This document shows, piece after piece, positions 8,600-15,909 of a stretch of DNA of 35,321 bases. The first letter of the stretch is position 1, and every line of letters begins with the position of its first letter. The DNA lies in the NCBI GenBank assembly GCA_030591905.1, contig JAUVAE010000001.1, positions 1 through 35,321 on the forward strand, written 5' to 3'. Both the position numbers and the translations under genes were made by a program. The notes below the pieces were generated by a model. That model was given only the letters and a program-made list of their open reading frames with translations. It had not been told where the DNA came from and did no database searches. The stretch is from Candidatus Komeilibacteria bacterium. GTDB lineage: Bacteria; Patescibacteriota; Patescibacteriia; UBA1558; S5-K13.

Positions 8600-8668
8600 C
8601 AAGATTTTAATAGAGGAGTAAGTTAAAAATAGACGGCTATTAATTTATAGACGGCTCTACAGTGTAAG

Positions 8669-9152
8669 TAACAAATTACAAATTACAGATTTCAGATAAT
8701 AATCAATAACCAAATTACAATGAAAGAAAAGCGATTCAATAATTTTGATTTGGAGGAAAGAACATTTAAATTTGCTAAAGCAGTTTCAATATTTATTAAG
8801 AAATTATCTGTTAATACTAGTAATATAGAATATGGTAAACAATTAATTAGATCTTCCGGTTCCGTTGGTGCTAATTATATTGAAGCCAACGAAGCTTTAA
8901 GCAAAAAAGACTTATTAATGAGAATGAGGATTTCTAGAAAAGAAGCTAAAGAATCTGCTTATTGGATAAGATTAATTATTAGTGTTAATAATAACGTTTA
9001 TGGAGAGGAATTAAATTTACTTTATGATGAGGCAATTGAATTAAAGAAAATACTCTCTCAAATAATTATTAATACAGAAGATAAGAAGAATTAATTGTAT
9101 TTTGCAATTTGGAATTTATTTATTATTTGAGATTTGGTATTTGTTGTTTGTT
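8669..9152 (+). mobile_element. Four-helix-bundle cassette bounded by inverted 7-nt repeat arrays
   Basis: Left TAACAAA TTACAAA TTACAGA TTTCAGA...; right TTGTATT TTGCAAT TTGGAAT...TTGAGAT TTGGTAT TTGTTGT. Confidence 0.6.
8720..9094 (+). CDS. Four-helix-bundle protein (23S rRNA IVP / TIGR02436-like)
   Basis: DLEERTFKFA, QLIRSSGSVGANYIEA, ISRKEAKESAYWIRL. Confidence 0.9.
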   Translation: MKEKRFNNFDLEERTFKFAKAVSIFIKKLSVNTSNIEYGKQLIRSSGSVGANYIEANEALSKKDLLMRMRISRKEAKESAYWIRLIISVNNNVYGEELNLLYDEAIELKKILSQIIINTEDKKN

Positions 9153-9248
9153 TTATCCCCATACCTATTTATTTAAAGTTATTGTGAGGATAAAATAAGT
9201 AATAAATATTAAAAAATACTTATCTATATAGATAAGTATGGGGATAAA
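9152..9248. repeat. Palindromic element TTTATCCCCATAC...GTATGGGGATAAA
   Basis: 13-nt perfect terminal inverted repeat. Confidence 0.7.
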
Positions 9249-9251
9249 CAT

Positions 9252-9926
9252 ATGTGGATAAAATTTAGTATTTTAATGCTTGTCGCTTTGCTTAATTTAA
9301 TATTAGGTATTTTGATTTCAATAAAAAATCAAGGTAAGGAAAAATTTATTAAATATTTTGTTTTATTGTATTTTAGTGCTACTATCTGGACTCTGGGATT
9401 AGGTTTTGCATTGTTAATTACTGACGCTAATTTATTTTTAATAATCGCAAGAGTTTTTTATGTTGCAGCTACTGTAATAATTTTGTCATTTTTTATGTTT
9501 TCTGTACATTTTTTATATTCTTATAAAGTAAATAAAGTTTTAAAGTATATAATTATTTTATTTACTTTATATATATTTTATATAATTCTTTCCGGAGATT
9601 TATTTATAGGTGTATATGAATATAGAGGACTAATGCATGAACTCGAAGATAGTACATTACATCTCGTTTATGGGATTTATTTTATAGGAATTATGATTTA
9701 TAGTCATTATCTATTATTTTCAAAATATCATAAATCTCAAGGTGTCAATAAAAGTAGATTATTGTTTGTTATTATTGGTACTGCTATTTCGTTTGTGCTT
9801 GGGACTTTTTTCGCTTGGTATATGCCTTATATTAATAAACACTATTTGGATTGGATTGCGCCTATTTTTGTATTTTTTATGACATTTTCGATAAGTTATT
9901 TATTATTTAAAAAGGAAAATGAATAA
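9252..9926 (+). CDS. Stand-alone histidine-kinase N-terminal 7TM-type membrane domain protein
   Basis: About seven hydrophobic segments; similar layout to the N-terminus of 15910-18669 (SATIWTLG vs SASIWAFG; SQGVNKSRLLFVIIG vs LHGAKKLQVIYILL; ISYLLFK vs ISYAIAK). Confidence 0.65.
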   Translation: MWIKFSILMLVALLNLILGILISIKNQGKEKFIKYFVLLYFSATIWTLGLGFALLITDANLFLIIARVFYVAATVIILSFFMFSVHFLYSYKVNKVLKYIIILFTLYIFYIILSGDLFIGVYEYRGLMHELEDSTLHLVYGIYFIGIMIYSHYLLFSKYHKSQGVNKSRLLFVIIGTAISFVLGTFFAWYMPYINKHYLDWIAPIFVFFMTFSISYLLFKKENE

Positions 9927-10881
9927 AGTTTTATTGATTTTTTATGGAGGAAATCAACTTTCTGAAAAGAAGGGAAGTTTTGTTTCTGTAGAAAAAGAAT
10001 CTGATATTAATAAGTGGATGCAAGCAATTCCAGAAATTTCATTAATGGCTCAGATTAAGACAGTGTTTATTGATAGAAATAATAAGATATTAGACAAAGA
10101 TAATATAAAAAAGTTGATTCATTATATAGAAGATAATATAGATAAAGTTGATGGAATAGTTATATTAAATGATACTGATACCATCCCCTTATTAGCTAAT
10201 CAATTATTTTGGCAAATTCAAAATCCTAGTAAACCAATAGTGATTACAGGATCAAATGTAATTGAACAAGATAATGAATTCTTACCAGATTTATCATTTA
10301 AAGCTAATTTAATAAATGCCATTCAGGTCGTTAATAGTGATTTAAATGAAGTTAGTGTTATTTATGGTAATAGAGTTATTTTAGCTCCTAAAATAGTGAG
10401 AACTAAACTACATGATTTAAATATATTTAAATCCATTGATAAAGAATATTTAGCTAAGATTGATTTTGGATTGTCAATTAAATCTAGAATAAAGGATAAA
10501 AGAAAAGCTAAATATTATTATGATTTTAAGTATGATTTTTTATTTTTTAATACTGTTCCGGATATAAAAATACTAGAGGTATTATTAAACGAAGATAGTA
10601 ATTTAAAAATTATAGTTTTTAAAGCCTTACCAAATCAGATAATAGAAAGAGAGAAATTAGTAAAAGTTTTTAATTTAGCTCAAAAGAATAAAAAGTTAGT
10701 TATTTTTTATAATCAAATCGGTTTTGGAAAGGATTTTTTTAAGGATACTATTTTAACTATCAGCAAAATTAGCCCAGAATGTTTAACTACTAAATTATCT
10801 TGGATTTTAGGGAAAACTAAAGATGAGAAAAAGATTAGGAATTTATTAAAGAAAAATATCCAGGGAGAATTTTTGAATTAG
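9919..10881 (+). CDS. Asparaginase/glutaminase-fold protein, degenerate active site
   Basis: KVLLIFYGG, DGIVILNDTDT, KPIVITGS, ANLINAI; C-terminal ISPECLTTKLSWILG. Confidence 0.75.
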   Translation: MNKVLLIFYGGNQLSEKKGSFVSVEKESDINKWMQAIPEISLMAQIKTVFIDRNNKILDKDNIKKLIHYIEDNIDKVDGIVILNDTDTIPLLANQLFWQIQNPSKPIVITGSNVIEQDNEFLPDLSFKANLINAIQVVNSDLNEVSVIYGNRVILAPKIVRTKLHDLNIFKSIDKEYLAKIDFGLSIKSRIKDKRKAKYYYDFKYDFLFFNTVPDIKILEVLLNEDSNLKIIVFKALPNQIIEREKLVKVFNLAQKNKKLVIFYNQIGFGKDFFKDTILTISKISPECLTTKLSWILGKTKDEKKIRNLLKKNIQGEFLN

Positions 10882-11363
10882 GTTTTAGGTGTTAGCTTGT
10901 GGTTTGTAGGTAATTAGAAATTTTTATATATAATTAATAAAAGAAAAGGAAAAGCGATTATGAAAATTAATAAAATTAAAACATATAAAGATTTAATAGC
11001 TTGGCAAAAAGCAATGGATTTAGTTATTGCAGTTTATAAATTGACGGATGAGTTTCCGAAATTAGAAATTTATGGATTAGTCTCTCAAATGAGACGTTGT
11101 GCAGTTTCAATTCCGTCTAATATTGCCGAAGGCAGAAGAAGAGGAAGTAGGAAAGATTATTGTAGGTTTTTGATAATTTCTTATGGATCAGGTGCTGAGC
11201 TAGAAACGCAAGTAGAAATTACAAAAAGATTGAATTTTAGTAAGAATTTGGATTTTATGAGAGTTGACGCTTTATTGAATGAAATTATGAGGATGTTGAA
11301 CAAAATGATTTCAGGATTAAAAGCAGAACCTAAAACCCACAACCTACAAGTTACAACCTAATT
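10876..11363 (+). mobile_element. Four-helix-bundle cassette bounded by inverted 7-nt repeat arrays
   Basis: Left TTAGGTT TTAGGTG TTAGCTT GTGGTTT GTAGGTA; right AACCTAA AACCCAC AACCTAC AAGTTAC AACCTAA. Confidence 0.65.
10960..11361 (+). CDS. Four-helix-bundle protein (23S rRNA IVP / TIGR02436-like)
   Basis: YKDLIAWQKAMDL, FPKLEIYGLVSQMRRCAVSIPSNIAEG, ISYGSGAELETQ. Confidence 0.93.
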   Translation: MKINKIKTYKDLIAWQKAMDLVIAVYKLTDEFPKLEIYGLVSQMRRCAVSIPSNIAEGRRRGSRKDYCRFLIISYGSGAELETQVEITKRLNFSKNLDFMRVDALLNEIMRMLNKMISGLKAEPKTHNLQVTT

Positions 11364-11365
11364 AT

Positions 11366-11977
11366 ATGAAACTTTACTATTGTGCAAATTTGGACAAGAT
11401 GAATGATAAAGAATGGGAGAAAAAGTATATTTCTATCCATAGATTTTTAGTTAAAAATGGAGTTAGTCTAGTTTCCAATGTTGAGAAAAAGATGTTAAAA
11501 GGGGAGAATGAGGCTAGAAAGAGTATTTCTTATGATCAAATTGAAGCAGTTATTATAGAAGGAACTCATATTGCTTCTGATACGGTATATATTATTGCTA
11601 CTGCCTTGGCATATAAAAAGCCAGTATTGTATTTAATGGAAAAAGGTCATCAAATACCAGAACAGTTGTCATATATTAGAAAAGATAAAAATTTAGGTAA
11701 GAATTTTTTTCTTAAATTTTATAAGTCAGCAGGAAAAGAAATAGAAACTGTAATTTTTGATTTTTTAGGATTATTAGAATCTGGTTCTTTAATGAAAGAG
11801 AAAGTTAATGTTAAATTTACTTTGAGAATTTCTCCTAGAATAGAGAGATATTTAAATTGGAAAGCTTTAAATATTAAGAAATCTAAAGCCCAATATGTAC
11901 GGGATGTTTTAAATAAAACAGCTACTGAAGATAAAACTTATAAGTCATTTTTAAAGAAAACAGAACAGATGTTTTGA
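11366..11977 (+). CDS. Hypothetical protein: nucleoside 2-deoxyribosyltransferase-like N-domain plus putative ribbon-helix-helix C-domain
   Basis: EAVIIEGTH..SDTVYIIATALAYKKPVLYL; C-terminal VKFTLRISPRIERYLNWKA...SKAQYVRDVL. Confidence 0.5.
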   Translation: MKLYYCANLDKMNDKEWEKKYISIHRFLVKNGVSLVSNVEKKMLKGENEARKSISYDQIEAVIIEGTHIASDTVYIIATALAYKKPVLYLMEKGHQIPEQLSYIRKDKNLGKNFFLKFYKSAGKEIETVIFDFLGLLESGSLMKEKVNVKFTLRISPRIERYLNWKALNIKKSKAQYVRDVLNKTATEDKTYKSFLKKTEQMF

Positions 11978-12133
11978 GAATACGGAACATGGATTACGAA
12001 TTACGAATAATGGTTATAGAAAAATTAAATATGAATTAATAGACAGGTAAGATATAAGAAAATGGTCGCATTATCTAATGGGGTTTTTTTGTTTTTTAGA
12101 ATTGATATTGAAATTAACCACCCCTTAAATACA

Positions 12134-12703
12134 AACCCCACCCCCAACCCCTCCCCTAGCCAGGAGAGGGGAGCCAGAAAAATTAACGAGCATATAGTCC
12201 CCATCTCCTGCCTGTCCCAATTCAACCCCCTCTGTCGCTTTCGCGACATCTCCCCCTAGTCAGGAGGAGAAGTGGGATAAGAAGTAATTTATATGTTAAA
12301 CACTAAAGCAGTAATAAAAGCTAGAATATTGAGGAAAAGAATGACTGAGTCAGAGAAAATTCTTTGGCAAGAATTAAAAACTAAGAAATTGGGAGTTAAG
12401 TGTCGTAGACAGATGCCATTTGTTTTTGAAGATTATCATTTTATAGCTGACTTTTATTGTTCAGAAAAGAAATTAATTATAGAAGTAGACGGTAAAGTTC
12501 ATAATGATCAAGAAATAAAAGAATATGATGAATTTAGAGAAGATGTTTTTAAACAAGATGGTTATAAAATTATAAGATTTAAGAATAAAGAAATAATAAA
12601 TAATTTAGAAGAAGTTTTAATAAAAATAAAAAATATTGTAAATCAGTAATAGTAATCTTCCCTTTCTCCTGGCTAGGAGAGAGGGATAAGAGGGAGAGAG
12701 GTT
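12134..12703 (+). mobile_element. REP-flanked DUF559 cassette
   Basis: GC-rich hairpin repeats at 12134-12280 and 12656-12703 bracket the DUF559 ORF. Confidence 0.65.
12293..12649 (+). CDS. DUF559 / Vsr-like endonuclease domain protein
   Basis: ARILRKRMTESEKILWQEL, RRQMP, FIADFYC, LIIEVDGKVH, GYKIIRFKNKEI. Confidence 0.92.
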   Translation: MLNTKAVIKARILRKRMTESEKILWQELKTKKLGVKCRRQMPFVFEDYHFIADFYCSEKKLIIEVDGKVHNDQEIKEYDEFREDVFKQDGYKIIRFKNKEIINNLEEVLIKIKNIVNQ

Positions 12704-12851
12704 AGTTAAATGGGCTAATCAAAAGTTCAAAATCTTATTATTCTTACTTCTTGCTTCTTAATTCTTAATTCGTGATTCATATCTTGTTTTGGGAAAGCCT
12801 TATTTTTATGCTAAAATTAAGTATATAGTTTAAATTATGTGCTTTTTTATT

Positions 12852-14621
12852 ATGGAAAATAATAAAACAATATATGGTCGTTTTCAAAAAGTAGCTTTAG
12901 AAAATAAGGAGAATACAGCCTTAGCCTATATTCATGATGGGAATTACCAGAAAATAAATTATCAAGAATTGAATAATTTTGTATTACAAATTGTTAATTA
13001 TTTTTTAAGTTTAGGATTGGAAAAAGGTGATAGAGTAGCTATTTTAAGTGAAAATAGGTGGGAATGGCCAGTAATAGATCTAGCTAGTAATTATTTAGGT
13101 TTAATTTTAGTACCACTTCATACTACTTATGGTCGTAAATATATTGATTATATTATTGAGAAGACAAGTCCTAAAGTGATTTTTATTTCCAATCAAGAGT
13201 TATTTGAAAATTTTAAAGTTATTAATAATAATTTAATTGATAAATTTCAAAGTATAGTTCTTTTGGACAATGATATAGAAAGTGATTTGAAATTAAAATA
13301 TTGGTCAAATATTATTAGTGATTTTGATTATAATATTAATACAGAGCCGGTGTTTGATTCTGAAGCTATAGTAACTATAATCTACACTTCGGGAACTACT
13401 GGGATGCCAAAAGGAGCTATTTTAACTAATAAAAATATTTTAGTTAATGCTGATAATGTTTTGCAATATGTACCTGTATATTCTAGTGATAGATTTTTTT
13501 CTTTTTTACCATTATCACATATTTTAGAAAGAATGGCTGGTAATATAGTCCCTTTAATATTAGGTGCTTCAATATATTATAGCCGTAGTCCAAAAACTTT
13601 AGTAGATGATATTAAAAAAGCTCAGCCAACTATTATGGTTTCGGTTCCGAGGATTTTTGAAAAAATATTTGACAAAATTCATGATAAATTAAGAGAAGGT
13701 TCAAAGTTTAAACATCATCTTTTTTATCATGCTTTAAAAGTAATTAGTAAGATTAATGCTTTTAAAAGAAATAATAAAAAATGTGGTAAATTAATTTATT
13801 GGCAATTTAAAGTTTTAGATAATCTTGTTTTTAAGAAGATTAGAAGTGTTTTTGGAGGTCGTTTAAGACTAACAATTTCTGGAGGTTCAAGTTTAGATAA
13901 AAAAATAGCTAGATTTTTTGAAGATGTTGGAATTAAAATAATAGAAGGTTATGGTTTAACAGAAACTTCACCAATTATTGCTGTAAATAAGATGAATGAT
14001 TATAAATTTGGTACAGTTGGGTCAGTTTTAGCGAACTTAGATTTAAAAATTAATAATGATAAAGAAATTTTAGTAAAAGGTGAATCAATAATGAGTGCTT
14101 ATTGGCAAGACGATGAAGCAACTAAGAGGGTTATTCAAGATGGATGGTTTTCTACTGGAGATTTGGGTTTTATGGATAATGATGGTTTTTTAAATATTAT
14201 TGGTCGTAAGAAAGAAATGATAGTTTTATCAACAGGTAAAAATATTGTTCCAGTAAATATTGAATTAGCATTAAATTACGATCGATTTGTCACGCAGTCA
14301 ATGATTATTGGATTAAATCAAAAATTTATTACAGCTTTAATTGTTCCTGACTTTGAAGAATTAGAAATATATTGTCAGCAGAATGATATTAAATATAGTA
14401 AAGATAAAGATTGTTTAGGTAATGAAAAAATACATAAATTATACCAAAATCGTATTAATAGAGCCTTGAAAGGTTTTGCTGATTATGAGCAGATTGCAAA
14501 TTTTTATTTAGTACCTAGGGAATTCGATCAAGAACATGATGAGCTGACCCCTACTTTGAAATTGAAAAGAGAGAATATTAAAACAAATTTTTTGAATATA
14601 ATTAATAAATTTTATCAATGA
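12852..14621 (+). CDS. fadD: Long-chain fatty acid--CoA ligase (AMP-forming); start taken at MENNK
   Basis: IIYTSGTTGMPKG, SFLPLSHILER, EGYGLTETSP, GWFSTGDLG, ELTPTLKLKR. Confidence 0.9.
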   Translation: MENNKTIYGRFQKVALENKENTALAYIHDGNYQKINYQELNNFVLQIVNYFLSLGLEKGDRVAILSENRWEWPVIDLASNYLGLILVPLHTTYGRKYIDYIIEKTSPKVIFISNQELFENFKVINNNLIDKFQSIVLLDNDIESDLKLKYWSNIISDFDYNINTEPVFDSEAIVTIIYTSGTTGMPKGAILTNKNILVNADNVLQYVPVYSSDRFFSFLPLSHILERMAGNIVPLILGASIYYSRSPKTLVDDIKKAQPTIMVSVPRIFEKIFDKIHDKLREGSKFKHHLFYHALKVISKINAFKRNNKKCGKLIYWQFKVLDNLVFKKIRSVFGGRLRLTISGGSSLDKKIARFFEDVGIKIIEGYGLTETSPIIAVNKMNDYKFGTVGSVLANLDLKINNDKEILVKGESIMSAYWQDDEATKRVIQDGWFSTGDLGFMDNDGFLNIIGRKKEMIVLSTGKNIVPVNIELALNYDRFVTQSMIIGLNQKFITALIVPDFEELEIYCQQNDIKYSKDKDCLGNEKIHKLYQNRINRALKGFADYEQIANFYLVPREFDQEHDELTPTLKLKRENIKTNFLNIINKFYQ

Positions 14622-15229
14622 TTTTTTGGTTAATTAAGGTAACTCTAGGTAATATTATTAAACTAATTTGGCTTAGTGGGGCGACTGGTTTGGAAAATAT
14701 ACCGAAAAGAGGAGCTTGTATTATTTGTGCTAATCATTCCAGCTATTTTGATTTTTTAATGTTAGCGGCAGTATGTCCCAGAAGAATTTATTTTTTAGCA
14801 GGAGAAGTTTTTTTTCAAAAGTGGCAGTGGAAATGGTTAGTAAAAATAACTAAACAGATTAAAGTAGACAGAAATAGTAAAGATAAGTCTGAATTAATAA
14901 AAAAGGTAGTTGAATATTTGAAAGAAGGTAAAGTGATTGGAATTTTTCCAGAAGGTACTAGATCTGCTGATGGTAAAATACATGATTTTTATAATGGAGC
15001 TGTAAAAATTGCCCTTAAGTCTGAAGTTCCTATAATTCCTGTTGGTATCAAAGGTACCTATGAAATAATGTCTAAATTTGATAAGTTTCCTAAATTTAAT
15101 AAAAAATGTAATATGCAATTTGGGAAATTAATTAATTATGTTATTAATGAAAGTAGTAAGAATAAAAATATTGATGATTTGACTAATGGGTTGAGGGAAA
15201 AAATAGTCATTTTATGTAATAAAATATAA
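14618..15229 (+). CDS. plsC: 1-acyl-sn-glycerol-3-phosphate acyltransferase family
   Basis: NHSSYFD (HX4D), FPEGTRS, PIIPVGIKG; ATGA overlap with fadD. Confidence 0.88.
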   Translation: MIFWLIKVTLGNIIKLIWLSGATGLENIPKRGACIICANHSSYFDFLMLAAVCPRRIYFLAGEVFFQKWQWKWLVKITKQIKVDRNSKDKSELIKKVVEYLKEGKVIGIFPEGTRSADGKIHDFYNGAVKIALKSEVPIIPVGIKGTYEIMSKFDKFPKFNKKCNMQFGKLINYVINESSKNKNIDDLTNGLREKIVILCNKI

Positions 15230-15243
15230 TTATTAATTAGTAT

Positions 15244-15903
15244 ATGTCTTATTTAGTTCTATTTGATTTAGACGATACCATAATAAATGGACAGTCTCAA
15301 AAATTATTAGTAAAATATCTTTTTAAAAGGGGTAATATAAATATATTATTTTTAATTTATATATATTTGTGGTTTTTTTTATATAAAATAGGAGCCGTTA
15401 AGAATGTTGTTAAAGTTAGAGAAAAATCTTTCAAAATATGTAGGGGGTGGACCTTCGAATATATGCATCAATTATTAAATAGTTTTTTTTATTTATATAT
15501 TAAACCACGTTTTTACAAAGAAATATTGAATATTATAAAGTTTCACAAAGAGAATGGTGCAAATTTAGTCTTAATTTCATCTTCATTGTTTCCGTTAGTA
15601 GAGTTGATTGGGAGGTATTTAAGTTTTGATTATATTTTTGCGACAAAATTAAATATTGAAAATGGATTTTATACTGGCCGAATTGATGATGTTGTGATTT
15701 ATGGTAATAATAAAAAAAACGTTATCAATGATTTTATTAAAGATAATAATTTGAGTCTGAAAAATAGTTATGCCTATTCAGATCATTATTCAGACGTAGA
15801 ATTACTTAACATAGTTGATAATGCGATAGTTATTAATCCAGATAGGAAATTATTAGAAATAGCTTTGTCAAAAAAATGGAAAATTAAAAAAATTAATAAT
15901 TAA
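15244..15903 (+). CDS. HAD-IB family hydrolase (SerB-like)
   Basis: FDLDDT motif I, LISSS motif II, YAYSDHYSD motif IV, INPD. Confidence 0.88.
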   Translation: MSYLVLFDLDDTIINGQSQKLLVKYLFKRGNINILFLIYIYLWFFLYKIGAVKNVVKVREKSFKICRGWTFEYMHQLLNSFFYLYIKPRFYKEILNIIKFHKENGANLVLISSSLFPLVELIGRYLSFDYIFATKLNIENGFYTGRIDDVVIYGNNKKNVINDFIKDNNLSLKNSYAYSDHYSDVELLNIVDNAIVINPDRKLLEIALSKKWKIKKINN

Positions 15904-15909
15904 TAATTT

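Noticed and set aside
8720..11361. Diversity-generating retroelement suggested by Avd-like four-helix bundles
   Set aside because: No reverse transcriptase and no TR/VR pair differing at adenines was seen in the window.
12025..12259. Short ORFs 12025-12249 (-) and 12062-12259 (+)
   Set aside because: They are translations of GC-rich REP sequence, not plausible proteins.
294..12703. Repeats as a CRISPR array
   Set aside because: Copies are dispersed, inverted and variable, with no regular repeat-spacer period and no cas genes.
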